From: Thermosipho sp. (in: thermotogales)
GTDB taxonomy: Bacteria; Thermotogota; Thermotogae; Thermotogales; Fervidobacteriaceae
Direction: 5' to 3'
DNA length: 64,000 bases
Assembly (NCBI GenBank): GCA_017656335.1
Contig: JACDOA010000006.1
Coordinates: 9,151 to 73,150 of the forward strand
Made by a program: the position numbers and the translations under genes
Notes under the pieces: generated by a model
What the model saw: only the letters and a program-made list of their open reading frames with translations
The model's database searches: none
What the model was told of the DNA's origin: nothing
In this document: piece after piece, positions 29,291 through 43,119 of the stretch
Layout of the letters: every line of letters starts with the position of its first letter
Numbering within the stretch: position 1 is the first letter of the stretch

Positions 29291-29930
29291 AGATGATGCA
29301 AAGTTAAGAAGATTACTAGAACTTGAATTCACTCACGAAAAATTTGAAGTAAAAACTTCCGAATATGGAGAAGATGCTATTTATATTTATGAAGAATTTA
29401 AACCAGATGTTGTAATTTTGGATGTTATGTTACCAGACATTGATGGTACTGAAGTTGCAAAACAAATCCGCAAAATTGATCCTGAAGCTGGAATTATAAT
29501 GCTTACAGCTTTAAGTGAAACCAAAAATAAAGTTGAAGGTCTGGAAAGTGGTGCAGATGATTATGTTGTTAAACCTTTTGACTTTGAAGAACTTTTAGCC
29601 AGAGTAAAAGCACTTTTAAGAAGAAAAAAGCTCGAATTTGAACATGAAGTAAAAATCGGTTCACTTTCGATCAATTTAGGTTCTAGAACAGTCAAATATA
29701 ATGAGAAAGAAATCTCACTAAGCAAAACAGAATTTGATCTTCTTTCTTACTTAATCAAAAACAAAGGGCGAGTAGTTTCAAAAGAAGAAATTTTGAATGC
29801 TGTATGGGGACTAGATTATTATGGAACACCTAATACAGTTGAGGTGTATATAAATTATCTTAGGAGAAAAATCGATCCCAATCTTATCAAAACAGTTAGA
29901 GGAATAGGTTATAAAATCTCAAAAGAATGA
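29271..29930 (+). CDS. OmpR/PhoB-family response regulator
   Basis: Receiver domain (MKVLIVEDD...DVVILDVMLPDIDG...KP) plus a winged-helix output (TEFDLLSYLIKNKGRVVSKEEIL...VRGIGYKI). Confidence 0.85.
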   Translation: MKVLIVEDDAKLRRLLELEFTHEKFEVKTSEYGEDAIYIYEEFKPDVVILDVMLPDIDGTEVAKQIRKIDPEAGIIMLTALSETKNKVEGLESGADDYVVKPFDFEELLARVKALLRRKKLEFEHEVKIGSLSINLGSRTVKYNEKEISLSKTEFDLLSYLIKNKGRVVSKEEILNAVWGLDYYGTPNTVEVYINYLRRKIDPNLIKTVRGIGYKISKE

Positions 29931-29944
29931 TGGAGGTGAAATAG

Positions 29945-30637
29945 ATGTTCTTCTTTGATCCAAGCTTTATAATTTTAATACCTGGACTAATATTAGCTCT
30001 TATTGCCCAGATTTATGTACAAGAACGATTTAATAGATACTCTAGAATAAAATCATCATTGAATATGACTGGTGCCGAGTTAGCCAAATTTATGCTTGAA
30101 TCAGCAGGGTTGTATAATATTAGAATTGAAAGAATCCCTGGTAAACTTTCTGATCATTATGATCCAAAAAACAAAGTTGTAAGATTATCAAATAGTACAT
30201 ATGATTCAAGTTCAGTAGCATCTTTAGGTGTTGTGGCACACGAAATAGGGCATGCTATTCAACATGCTAAAGGGTATGTTCCTCTTGTTGTAAGAAATGG
30301 CATTGCACCTGTAGTTTCAATAACTTCAAATCTTTCATGGATTTTATTTATAATAGGCTTTTTATTTTTTAATATTGCATTAATCAGAATTGGAATTATT
30401 CTCTTTTCATTTGCTGTGATATTCTCCCTTATCACTTTACCAGTAGAATTTGACGCAAGTAGGAGGGCTGTAAAAATTCTAGGCAGTAATTTATTAATGC
30501 CGCCTAGTGAACTTGAAGGTGTAAAACAAGTTTTAAATGCAGCTGCTATGACATACGTAGCTGGAACTTTAATGGCTATCCTGCAGCTACTCAGAATGCT
30601 TTTTTTAGCAGGTTTAGTAGGAGGTAACAGAGATTGA
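29945..30637 (+). CDS. Membrane zinc metallopeptidase (Zn_peptidase_2 type)
   Basis: LSDHYDPKNKVVRLS and HEIGHAIQH motifs, flanked by TM segments; 230 aa. Confidence 0.8.
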   Translation: MFFFDPSFIILIPGLILALIAQIYVQERFNRYSRIKSSLNMTGAELAKFMLESAGLYNIRIERIPGKLSDHYDPKNKVVRLSNSTYDSSSVASLGVVAHEIGHAIQHAKGYVPLVVRNGIAPVVSITSNLSWILFIIGFLFFNIALIRIGIILFSFAVIFSLITLPVEFDASRRAVKILGSNLLMPPSELEGVKQVLNAAAMTYVAGTLMAILQLLRMLFLAGLVGGNRD

Positions 30638-31887
30638 ATGATCTTTTAATAGCTTACAGATTATTAAGGAAAAGATTTAGGGATGGTACTTTTTCAAAAG
30701 ATTTTTATGAAGCTTTTTCCTATGCTGAGGAGAAAGCTTTTTTTAAAGATTTAGTTTTTGGAGTATTAAGAAGGCAAGAATATCTTGATTGGATAATAAA
30801 TTCTTTTTTGAAGAAAAAAGATATTCCTCCTTCAATTAGAACTGTTTTACGTATTGGAACATATTTACTTTTATTTACTAATACACCAAAATATGCCGCG
30901 GTAAATGAAACAGTAAAATTGGTTGAAAAACAATCTTTTAGAAAGCTTGTTAATGCTATACTAAGAAATATTTCCAAACTTTCTTACATAAAAGAACCTA
31001 ATGAAATACATTTAAAATATTCTCATCCCAAATGGTTAATAGAATACTGGAAAAAATTTCTGTCTAAAGATTATTTATTTTCCATGCTTGAGTTAAACCT
31101 AATTCCTCCAAAAACCACTGCAAGAGTTAACAAAAGAAAAATTAAAAGGGAAGATTTAAAGTTTTCTAACATACAGTTCACGAAACATTCTCCTTATGGA
31201 ATTATATTTGAAAATTTTAATTCATCACCATGGGAATTAAAAGAATACCTAGAAGGATACATAACGTATCAAAGTGAATCTTCGCAGTTAATACCTTTAC
31301 TTGTTGATTTTTCTCCTGATGAATATGTACTAGATTTGTGTAGCGCCCCTGGTGGAAAAGCAACTCATATTTTAGAGATTGAAAATGTAAAATTATATGT
31401 AAATGATATAGATGCAAACAAAATTGAAATTGTAAAGAATCAATTTAAAAGATTAAACCTTACGCCTGAAAACTTTTCGATAAAAGATGCAAGAAAAATT
31501 AATTTTGATATAAAATTTGACAAAATTTTTATTGATGCTCCATGTAGTAGCCTAGGAACTGCCAGAAGGAATCCAGAAGTTTTAAGACGTCAAACTCCAG
31601 AAAACATCAAAAAACTTTCAAGATTACAAAAAGAAATCTTGAACAATGCATGGAATTTACTAAAAAAAGATGGAATAATTATATATTCTACCTGCACAGT
31701 AGCTTTTGAAGAAAACACTTTGAATTCTAAATGGTTAGTAGAATCTAAAAATGGAAAAGTCATAGATATTAGAGAAAAGCTTGAAAATTTTGATGTAAAG
31801 TATTTATGGGATGGATATGGAGCATTATTCTATCCTGACGAAAGTCTAACACCATTTTATGTTTCATTAATTAAAAGGAGTGATTAA
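30634..31887 (+). CDS. rsmB: 16S rRNA (cytosine-C5)-methyltransferase RsmB/Sun
   Basis: NusB-like N-terminus, SAM site DLCSAPGGKATHI, and catalytic DAPCSSLGTARRNPE and YSTCT motifs. Confidence 0.85.
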   Translation: MNDLLIAYRLLRKRFRDGTFSKDFYEAFSYAEEKAFFKDLVFGVLRRQEYLDWIINSFLKKKDIPPSIRTVLRIGTYLLLFTNTPKYAAVNETVKLVEKQSFRKLVNAILRNISKLSYIKEPNEIHLKYSHPKWLIEYWKKFLSKDYLFSMLELNLIPPKTTARVNKRKIKREDLKFSNIQFTKHSPYGIIFENFNSSPWELKEYLEGYITYQSESSQLIPLLVDFSPDEYVLDLCSAPGGKATHILEIENVKLYVNDIDANKIEIVKNQFKRLNLTPENFSIKDARKINFDIKFDKIFIDAPCSSLGTARRNPEVLRRQTPENIKKLSRLQKEILNNAWNLLKKDGIIIYSTCTVAFEENTLNSKWLVESKNGKVIDIREKLENFDVKYLWDGYGALFYPDESLTPFYVSLIKRSD

Positions 31888-31888
31888 G

Positions 31889-34042
31889 TTGATTTCAAAA
31901 AAATCTGTTGAAAAGTTGATAACTTCCAAAACTTATACTCCAATGGTTCTAAAAGAATTATACAAACATTTTAATATTAAAACAAAACCTGAAAAACAAA
32001 AGCTTCGTAAGATACTTTCCGAATTAGTTAAAGAAGGAAAAATCTACAAAGATAGTAAAGGAAAATATAGAGCAATTAAAGATAATTTAGCAATTGGTAC
32101 TCTAGAATTCACTAGAAATGGCACTTTGGCTTTTGTTTGGACAGAATCCGGGGATGAAATTGCAATTCCCACCGAAAAAGCAGGCAATGCTCTACATAAA
32201 GATAAAGTTTTAGTTGAAATCATTGGAAAATGGTACGATCTTCCAGAGGGAAGAGTTATAAAAGTTATACAAAGAGGCCTTAAAAAAATTGTTGGTACTT
32301 TTCAACCGCGCGGAAGATTCGCTTTCATAATTCCTGATGATCCAAAAATACAATACGATTTTTATGTTCCTGTGGAGTACTTCAACAATGCAAAACCAGG
32401 TGTAAAAGTTGTCGCCGAGATAGTAAAATATCCATCCCCAACGAGAAACCCTGTAGCAAAAGTGATAGAAGTACTGGGTTATTCTGATGATCCCTCTACA
32501 GATTTTCCTACTGTAATTGTTAAACATGATCTACCTGTTGAATTTCCCGAATCAGTTTTAAAAGAAGCTGCAAAAATCTCTAATAAAGTTACTGAGAAAG
32601 ATTTAAAAGGAAGAAAAGACTTTAGAAATGAAATTGTTGTAACAATTGATGGTGCTGATGCAAAGGATTTTGATGATGCGGTAAGTGTTAAAAAACTGAA
32701 AAATGGGAATTATTTATTAGGTGTTCATATAGCAGATGTTTCATATTATGTTAAAGAAAATTCAGAACTTGATAAAGAAGCTTTTAAAAGAGGAACAAGC
32801 GTGTATCTAGTAGATAGAGTTATTCCTATGCTTCCATTTAAACTATCGCATGGCATTTGTAGTTTAGTTCAAGGTGAAGATAGATTAGTAATGTCTTTGA
32901 TAATGGAAATTGATAAAGAAGGAAAAGTAGTAGATTTTGAAGTATCTCCAGGGGTAATCAGAAGTTATCGTAGATTGGTTTATGATGATGTTAATGCATT
33001 ATTTTCGGGAGACAAAAAAGCATATGAAAAAATAGGTGATTTGAAAGAACATTTATATTTGATGAAAGAATTAAAAGATATACTTAGAAATGCTAGAAGA
33101 AAAAGAGGAGCTATTTTGGATATAGAAGGTGGAGAAGTAAAAATAATACTAGATGAAAAAGGGCACACGATAGATATAATCCCAAGAACCAGAGGAGAAT
33201 CTGAAATTATAATTGAAGAATTTATGATAAAAGCTAATGAAACTGTAGCAGAAATTTTTAATAATTTTGATTTGCCTTTTGTATACAGAGTACATGAGCA
33301 ACCTGATCCTGATACAATTTTACAATTGAAAAATTATCTTTCAGCTTTAGGAATAGATCTTAAACTTCCTAAAAAAATCCAACCAATGCTCCTTCAAAAA
33401 CTACTTGAAAAAACCGAAGGACATCCTCTAAGAAGTAGCATTGAAAGACTTTTAGTACGATCTATGAAAAGAGCAATTTATTCGCCAGTAAATATTGGGC
33501 ATTTTGGACTAGCATCTTATGCTTATACTCATTTTACATCACCAATTAGACGATATCCGGATTTAGTAGTTCATAGACTCATCAGAAACTTTCTGAAAAC
33601 CAAAGGTAAATTATCTAAAAAACAAATAAAGGAACTCAATAAAAAACTAACAAAAATTGCAGTACATAGTAGTAAACGCGAAAGAACTGCCGACGAAGCA
33701 GAATGGGATTACATTGCATTGAAAAAAATTGACTATATTTCAAGACATATTGGTGATATTTTTGATGTAGTCGTTACATCAGTCACAAAGTTTGGACTCT
33801 TTGTAGAAATTATAGATAAGTACATTTCCGGACTTATACATATATCTACAATGGATGATTACTACAAATATGACGAAGAAAAAAGCATTTTAATTGGCAC
33901 AAAAAAAGGAAAAATTTATAAAATAGGCGATAAACTTAAAGCAAAAGTAGTTAATGCCGATAAAACAAGAATGCAAATTGATTTTGAAATCTACGAAGGA
34001 AAAGAACTACAAAAAGAAACAAATAACATTAAAACAGATTAA
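31889..34042 (+). CDS. rnr: Ribonuclease R
   Basis: RNB catalytic region (IDGADAKDFDDAV, HFGLASYAYTHFTSPIRRYPDLVVHR) and a C-terminal S1 domain. The TTG at 31889 lies 8 nt after AAGGAG; the track GTG at 31880 abuts the RBS. Confidence 0.9.
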   Translation: MISKKSVEKLITSKTYTPMVLKELYKHFNIKTKPEKQKLRKILSELVKEGKIYKDSKGKYRAIKDNLAIGTLEFTRNGTLAFVWTESGDEIAIPTEKAGNALHKDKVLVEIIGKWYDLPEGRVIKVIQRGLKKIVGTFQPRGRFAFIIPDDPKIQYDFYVPVEYFNNAKPGVKVVAEIVKYPSPTRNPVAKVIEVLGYSDDPSTDFPTVIVKHDLPVEFPESVLKEAAKISNKVTEKDLKGRKDFRNEIVVTIDGADAKDFDDAVSVKKLKNGNYLLGVHIADVSYYVKENSELDKEAFKRGTSVYLVDRVIPMLPFKLSHGICSLVQGEDRLVMSLIMEIDKEGKVVDFEVSPGVIRSYRRLVYDDVNALFSGDKKAYEKIGDLKEHLYLMKELKDILRNARRKRGAILDIEGGEVKIILDEKGHTIDIIPRTRGESEIIIEEFMIKANETVAEIFNNFDLPFVYRVHEQPDPDTILQLKNYLSALGIDLKLPKKIQPMLLQKLLEKTEGHPLRSSIERLLVRSMKRAIYSPVNIGHFGLASYAYTHFTSPIRRYPDLVVHRLIRNFLKTKGKLSKKQIKELNKKLTKIAVHSSKRERTADEAEWDYIALKKIDYISRHIGDIFDVVVTSVTKFGLFVEIIDKYISGLIHISTMDDYYKYDEEKSILIGTKKGKIYKIGDKLKAKVVNADKTRMQIDFEIYEGKELQKETNNIKTD

Positions 34043-34260
34043 GCCTTCTTATTCTTAAAATATTCTACTGCTTTAGCAATTAAAGAAATGATCAGTAAAA
34101 TAATTACAATTGGAAAAACTATTGTAACTAATCCAACAAATATTAGAACGATTAACAAAATTCCCAAAAAAATAGACAAAATGGGCGATAAAAAAGGAAA
34201 AAACAAGATTCCTAAGATTACCAAAAAAATTACTCCAAGTGTTGCTAAAAAATATAACAT
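34039..34260 (-). CDS. Small hydrophobic membrane protein (hypothetical)
   Basis: 73 aa, almost entirely I/L/V/F, with two to three TM segments. No family recognised; it may be spurious in AT-rich DNA. Confidence 0.35.
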   Translation of the reverse strand: MLYFLATLGVIFLVILGILFFPFLSPILSIFLGILLIVLIFVGLVTIVFPIVIILLIISLIAKAVEYFKNKKA

Positions 34261-34291
34261 TTTTTCACCTCCACACAGAAATTATATCTAA

Positions 34292-37307
<3,016 letters not shown>

Positions 37308-37327
37308 ATTTTTCCCCCTAACATTCT

Positions 37328-38857
37328 TTACTTTTTTTCTTCAATGAAAGATAGAACATCGTCAGAACCAAGCATTCTTTTTAATTCCACGGTTCTTTCA
37401 TTTTCGTTAAGCTCTTTAACAATCCCCTCTTCATTACTCCTTGAAACCACAAAATGTTTATCAGCTCTAATAGCGATTTGCGGTAAATGAGTTACTACAA
37501 TAACTTGATAATTTTTTGAAACTTCTTTTAATTTTTCTGCTAATTTATTCCCAGTTTCTCCACTAATTCCAGAATCTACTTCATCAAAAATTAATATTCC
37601 ACCAGAAGCTACTGATAACTCCAAAGAAAGCATTAACCTTGATAATTCCCCTCCAGAAGCAATTAATCTAATAGGTTTTAAAGGTTCATTTTTAATTGTA
37701 CGACCGATTATTTCCACTTTATCAAATCCATTAGAAGTCATTGGAGTTTTCTCAAATTGAATTTCTAAATCAGCATTTAAATTTAAATCTCTTGCATGAT
37801 TTAAAAATATTGCTAAAATTCTATTTGCCGCTTCTCTACGTTTCTCTGTCAATTTTTCACCTATATCTTCTAAATCTTTTCCCAATTTTTGAATTTTTTC
37901 TTTTGCGTTTTCTAAATTCTTTATTTTTGAAACTGTCTCCTCATAACTTTTTTTATAATTTAAGTAATTTTGAATAACATCTTCAATAGTTGGTCCAAAT
38001 TTTCTTTTCAATGAATTGTATTCCCAAATTTTTTGTTCAATTTCTGAAACATCATATTCCTCAATGCTAGTTAATTCTCGTTGAATATCCAAATTTACAG
38101 TTTCAACTATATCCAGTGCCGTATCTATTTGTTCCAAGTACTTTTCAGGTAAATTTTTTCTCATTTTCCAGAACATTTCACTAATATTCTCGCACATCTC
38201 CATAAGTTCGTTATAATTTTGGATACTCTGTTGCAAATTCAATGCAATTTTGTATTTCTCTTCTAATTCTTGCTCTTCAAGTGGATCTGGGTTTACCTTT
38301 TCAATTTCTTCAATTAAAGCCTCTAATTCATTTTTTCTCATTCTCAATTGATCAATATTTTCTGTTTTTAACAGTGATTGCAAAGATTTATATTCAGAAT
38401 AGAGTTTTGAATATTTTGACATTAACTCTTTATTACCAGCTATTTCATCCAAAACAGAAATTAAAAAATGAGATTCAAGAAATTTTAAATGTGAATTTTG
38501 CCTGTGTATTGAAATAAATTCACTTAAAATTTTAGAAACTACATTCCTTGGATACACTCTTCCATTCATTTTAAATGTAGTCCTACCATTTCTTTTAATT
38601 ATTGAAAAGATATTTTCCCCCGAATATATTTCATACTCTAAAAAATCATATGGAATATCAATTACTACATCTGCATTATAGTTATCTACTCTTCCGTTTG
38701 TCATTCCTAACAAAATTCCAAACACATCTAAAAGCAAACTTTTGCCTGCTCCAGTTTCTCCAGTAAAGACATTTAAATTTTCATGAAAATACACATCCAC
38801 ATTTTTAAAATACAAGTAGTCGTTTAAATGAATGGATCGTATTAATCCATTCTTCAT
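37328..38857 (-). CDS. recN: DNA repair protein RecN
   Basis: Walker A GETGAGKSLLLD, signature ASGGELSRLMLSL, and Walker B ILIFDEVDSGISG. 509 aa, with a shorter coiled coil than the ~550-aa norm. Confidence 0.9.
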   Translation of the reverse strand: MKNGLIRSIHLNDYLYFKNVDVYFHENLNVFTGETGAGKSLLLDVFGILLGMTNGRVDNYNADVVIDIPYDFLEYEIYSGENIFSIIKRNGRTTFKMNGRVYPRNVVSKILSEFISIHRQNSHLKFLESHFLISVLDEIAGNKELMSKYSKLYSEYKSLQSLLKTENIDQLRMRKNELEALIEEIEKVNPDPLEEQELEEKYKIALNLQQSIQNYNELMEMCENISEMFWKMRKNLPEKYLEQIDTALDIVETVNLDIQRELTSIEEYDVSEIEQKIWEYNSLKRKFGPTIEDVIQNYLNYKKSYEETVSKIKNLENAKEKIQKLGKDLEDIGEKLTEKRREAANRILAIFLNHARDLNLNADLEIQFEKTPMTSNGFDKVEIIGRTIKNEPLKPIRLIASGGELSRLMLSLELSVASGGILIFDEVDSGISGETGNKLAEKLKEVSKNYQVIVVTHLPQIAIRADKHFVVSRSNEEGIVKELNENERTVELKRMLGSDDVLSFIEEKK

Positions 38858-39252
38858 TTTTCTAGATTCTCCTTTTCAAAAGAATATGGCAATAACTCTT
38901 TAACAGATACCTTTTTTATTTTTCTATTTTTACTAACCAAAATAACTTCATAATCACCGAACTCAGACATTACCTGTCGACAAGCTCCACAAGGTGAAAT
39001 AGGTTCATCAGTATCACCAACTACAACCAAAGTATCAAATTCCTTTTCACCCTCAGAGACAGCTTTAAATATGGCAACTCTTTCTGCACAACAAGTTAAA
39101 CCATACGATGCATTTTCGATATTGCAACCAGTGTAGATTTTCCCGCTTCTTGTAAGCAAAGCTGCACCAACTTTGAAATTAGAATAAGGAGCGTAAGCTT
39201 TTTCTTTCGCATTAAAAGCCTCATTGATTAGTTCTTCAATTTTCTTTTTCAT
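38854..39252 (-). CDS. cdd: Cytidine deaminase
   Basis: CAERVAIFKAV and PCGACRQV zinc motifs; 132 aa. Confidence 0.9.
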   Translation of the reverse strand: MKKKIEELINEAFNAKEKAYAPYSNFKVGAALLTRSGKIYTGCNIENASYGLTCCAERVAIFKAVSEGEKEFDTLVVVGDTDEPISPCGACRQVMSEFGDYEVILVSKNRKIKKVSVKELLPYSFEKENLEK

Positions 39253-40534
39253 TATCCACCACCTTAATCAATACTTTTTCAATTCTATTTTTAGAGGCAG
39301 CAACTATCTTAAAAACAAAAGTACCAATTTTAAACTTTTCACCCACTTTTGGTATTCTTTGTAAATTTTCTAGAATATATCCTGCTAATGTTTCATAATC
39401 GCTTTCTGGAAAAACTAAATTTAATTCTCTTTCAAGATCATTAATTGGTATTGTAGCATCGACAATATAAGAACCATCTTCTAGTTTTTTAATTCCAACA
39501 TTTTCATTTTGATCATATTCATCCATAATTTCCCCAAAAATTTCTTCTAAAATATCTTCCATTGTCACTAGACCAGCAGTTCCACCATATTCATCAACCA
39601 CAATTGCTATATGTATTTTTTGTTCTTTAAAAATCTTCAAAAGTTCTGAAACCTTCATAGTTTCCGGAACAAAAAGTGGTTCTCTCATTAATTCTTTGAC
39701 TTTTACTTTATCCTTTATTTCTGTCCCTCTTTCGCTTACGAATACTAATACATCTTTTGCATAACAAATACCTACAATATTATCAATGGTATCTTTATAC
39801 ACTGGTATTCGCGAATATTCTTCTTCTTTGATAATTTCCATCACATCTTCTAGGGTTTCACTTTCCTCAATTGCTACAATATCAACTCTTGGAATCATAA
39901 TTTCTTTAACTAATGAAACTTCCATTTCTAAAGTTCTTTTTAACATGAAACTTTCCTCATGTTTAATTACTCCCTCTTCACGCCCAGCTTCTACATACAT
40001 CAAAATATCTTCGGTAGTAATAAATGGCGCTTCATAAACCAACTTTCCACCAATAATTTTTATAATAAAATTAGATATTCCAATAAGCATTTTTATGAAT
40101 GGTGAGAGAATTTTTGACAAAAATATCAAAATTTTTATCATTCTATTGAATATTTTTTCATTATTTTGGCGAGCATAGATTTTAGGAGTTATTTCACCAA
40201 ATATTAGGATAAAGAAAGTTAAAATTAAAGTAGTAACTAATGCCGAAAGGCTCTCAGGAATAATATATTTAAATAACCCTACCACAATTAAAGTAGCAAC
40301 TGAAGAAGCTAAAATGTTTACTAAATTATTCATTATTAATATAACTGTTAATAACTTATTGAATAAATGCAGCTCACTTTCTTCTTCTTCCTTATCTCCT
40401 TTCTTCAATGACTCTTTAAGTTTTATTTTACTAACTGATGTTAAAGCAGTTTCTGATGCTGAAAATACCGCAGATAAATAAAGTAAAAAAATCAACAAAA
40501 AAAATGATAACAAATAACTTAAAGGATCTTCCAT
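39236..40534 (-). CDS. CNNM/HlyC/CorC-family transporter (DUF21-CBS pair-CorC_HlyC)
   Basis: N-terminal TM DUF21 region, CBS pair (IMIPRVDIVAI.., IAIVVDEYGGTAGLVTMEDILEEI) and a C-terminal CorC domain. ATG at 40534 preferred (GGAGGTG upstream). Confidence 0.85.
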   Translation of the reverse strand: MEDPLSYLLSFFLLIFLLYLSAVFSASETALTSVSKIKLKESLKKGDKEEEESELHLFNKLLTVILIMNNLVNILASSVATLIVVGLFKYIIPESLSALVTTLILTFFILIFGEITPKIYARQNNEKIFNRMIKILIFLSKILSPFIKMLIGISNFIIKIIGGKLVYEAPFITTEDILMYVEAGREEGVIKHEESFMLKRTLEMEVSLVKEIMIPRVDIVAIEESETLEDVMEIIKEEEYSRIPVYKDTIDNIVGICYAKDVLVFVSERGTEIKDKVKVKELMREPLFVPETMKVSELLKIFKEQKIHIAIVVDEYGGTAGLVTMEDILEEIFGEIMDEYDQNENVGIKKLEDGSYIVDATIPINDLERELNLVFPESDYETLAGYILENLQRIPKVGEKFKIGTFVFKIVAASKNRIEKVLIKVVDNEKEN

Positions 40535-40569
40535 CTTTTCTCTCACCTCCGAATAAGATTATATCATAT

Positions 40570-42252
40570 TTACTTAATTCTCTTGGTAATTATAACATTT
40601 TTTTTCATTAAATTTCGCACTCGAAGTGATTTCTCTACATAAACTCTTTCTTTTGAATAAGGATCCATACCGGTATAATAAATAGTTGTACTTAAAGTAC
40701 CTGGAGTCGGAGTAAAAATTTGTATTTGCTGAGGTTTATATCCTAATCTTGTTTCAATAAATTTTCTTAAATGGTCATTTTCTTTTCTACCTTCACCAGG
40801 ATGACCTACAATAAAATATGCAATAACGTATTTTTTCTTTGAAAATTTTTCAAATTTACTCTTAAATTCTAAAAATAAATCTATTTTCGGTTTTCTCATT
40901 ATATTTAATACTTTTTCATGTGAATGTTCCGGAGCTAATTTTAATTGTCCAGGCGTAAATTCAGGTAAATGTTTTACAAATGTTTCACCATTTCTTTTAT
41001 CTGCAAGGACTAAATCATGTCTTATTCCAGAGGATATGAATACATTTTTTATTTTGGGTAATGATTTCACTTTATATAAAAGGTCTAAAAACACCTCATG
41101 ATTTGGTTCATTGCTTTTACATATTTTTGGAAACATACAAAATTTTGCACATTGCCCTTTTGTGTTTCTAATCTCACAATTTGAAGCAAACATATTTGCA
41201 GTTGGCCCACCTATATCCATAATCGTTCCTTTAAAATCTTTGTGTTTAGAAATCACTTTAGCTTCTTCCAATATCGAGTCTATACTTCTTGAAATTACGT
41301 GAGTCGTTTGATGTTGAGTAAGAGCGCAAAAAGCACATGAACCATAACAACCTCTCACTGCTGTAATAGAATATTTAACAGTATTAATAGCTTTCACAGG
41401 ACCTTTTCTCAAATAATACGGATGAACATCTCTTTCAAAAGGTAAAAGATAAAGTTCATCAAATAACTTTTGAGAAATCGGAAATTGTGGTGGATTTTGT
41501 ATGACATATCTGTTATCGTGTTTCTGAATCAATCTATTATTTTTAAATGGATCAGTTAACAAAGTCTGTTTCAAAAACATTTCAGAATATCTCTCGGGAT
41601 TTTCAGAAACCTCTTCAAAAGAAGGAAGAAATATTCCATCTATTGAAGGTGAAGAAGTCCACCAAACTATTCCTCTAATTTTCTTACACTTTTCAATGTT
41701 TCCAAATTTCTCAAGACATCTTGCAATTTCAAGAGTAGCAAGTTCACCCATTCCATATACTAAAAGATCAGCTTTTGAATCTAGTAAAATAGATTTTCTC
41801 ACTTTATTAGACCACCAATCATAATGAGCAAATCTTCTTAAACTCGCTTCCAGTCCACCTAGAACAATAGGAACATCTTTGAAAAATTTTTTTATTAGAT
41901 TTGAATATACAATGGTAGCCCTGTCTGGTCTTTTACCTCCAATTCCTCCAGGAGTATAATCGTCAGTTTTTCTTTTTTTAGCAGATGCTGTATAATTTGC
42001 AACCATTGAATCCACATTACCTGCTGTAACACCAAAAAATAAACGAGGTCTTCCTAACCTCGTTATTTCATCACTTTTCCAATCAGGTTGAGCTATTATT
42101 CCAACTTTGTATCCTCTTGAAACTAAAAAATGTCCAATTAGTGATACACCTATTGAAGGATGATCAATATAAGCATCTCCAGTAACTAATATAATATCTA
42201 AATATTTCCAACCTAATTTTTTAAGTTCTTCACGTGTAGTGGGTAAAAACAA
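40570..42252 (-). CDS. ygiQ: YgiQ-family radical SAM protein (UPF0313)
   Basis: N-terminal FLPTTREELKKLGWKYLDIILVTGDAYIDHPSIG typical of YgiQ; CxxxCxxC as CYGSCAFC. TTG start directly abuts the rsgA stop. Confidence 0.85.
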   Translation of the reverse strand: MFLPTTREELKKLGWKYLDIILVTGDAYIDHPSIGVSLIGHFLVSRGYKVGIIAQPDWKSDEITRLGRPRLFFGVTAGNVDSMVANYTASAKKRKTDDYTPGGIGGKRPDRATIVYSNLIKKFFKDVPIVLGGLEASLRRFAHYDWWSNKVRKSILLDSKADLLVYGMGELATLEIARCLEKFGNIEKCKKIRGIVWWTSSPSIDGIFLPSFEEVSENPERYSEMFLKQTLLTDPFKNNRLIQKHDNRYVIQNPPQFPISQKLFDELYLLPFERDVHPYYLRKGPVKAINTVKYSITAVRGCYGSCAFCALTQHQTTHVISRSIDSILEEAKVISKHKDFKGTIMDIGGPTANMFASNCEIRNTKGQCAKFCMFPKICKSNEPNHEVFLDLLYKVKSLPKIKNVFISSGIRHDLVLADKRNGETFVKHLPEFTPGQLKLAPEHSHEKVLNIMRKPKIDLFLEFKSKFEKFSKKKYVIAYFIVGHPGEGRKENDHLRKFIETRLGYKPQQIQIFTPTPGTLSTTIYYTGMDPYSKERVYVEKSLRVRNLMKKNVIITKRIK

Positions 42253-43119
42253 TCATTTTCCCTCCAACAATTCTTTATAAATACTTACATAACTTTGATA
42301 TCTACTATTTTTTATCTTATTTTCTTCCACAGCTTTTTTTACTCCACATCCAGGCTCATCAATGTGATTGCAATCAGGGAAAAGGCAAGAAAAATTATCA
42401 AATTCTGGAAATAGATGTTTTAATTTTTTAAGCTCAATATGTGAAATATCCAAATTTGCAAATCCCGGTGTATCTGCTATCCATCCTCCAAAATCAAAGT
42501 GTAATAATTCAATAACAGTTGTTGTATGTCTTCCACGGTCCAATTTTTCAGAAATACCATTTACTCTCAAAGAAAGTCCTGGATTTATAGCATTTAATAA
42601 GCTACTTTTTCCTACACCTGACATTCCTGCCATAGTAGAAATCTTTCCTTTTAACAATTCCTTCAATTTGTCAATTCCCAATTTTGTTTTTGCACTAGTA
42701 ACAATTACAGGGTAAATGCCAGAATATGTATCTAAAAACGATGTTATTTTTTTTTCTGTTAATAAGTCAGTTTTATTTAACACTATAATAGCAGGAAGTT
42801 TTTCATTCTCGACTAATACCAAATACCTATCTAAAATTTTTAACGGGGTTTCTGGAGACTTTAATGTTGTAACAACAATAACTTGATCTACATTAGCAAT
42901 CTTAGGTCTTGGAAGTTCATTTTTTCTATTATAAATATTTTCAATTACTCCTTCGTTCGAAATTATTTGCCTATATTCAACAATATCTCCAACAATTGGT
43001 CTTATTTTTTGTTCTTTAAATTTTCCACGTAATTTACAAAGAAACTTTTCACCTGTTTCAAAATCTTGAACTATAGCCATATTTGACATAAACTTTACAA
43101 CGACACCTTTTTTTCTCAT
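42253..43119 (-). CDS. rsgA: Ribosome small-subunit-dependent GTPase A
   Basis: Circularly permuted GTPase: NKTDL, GMSGVGKSSLLN, DTPGF and a C-terminal zinc site CLFPDCNHIDEPGC. Confidence 0.9.
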   Translation of the reverse strand: MRKKGVVVKFMSNMAIVQDFETGEKFLCKLRGKFKEQKIRPIVGDIVEYRQIISNEGVIENIYNRKNELPRPKIANVDQVIVVTTLKSPETPLKILDRYLVLVENEKLPAIIVLNKTDLLTEKKITSFLDTYSGIYPVIVTSAKTKLGIDKLKELLKGKISTMAGMSGVGKSSLLNAINPGLSLRVNGISEKLDRGRHTTTVIELLHFDFGGWIADTPGFANLDISHIELKKLKHLFPEFDNFSCLFPDCNHIDEPGCGVKKAVEENKIKNSRYQSYVSIYKELLEGK

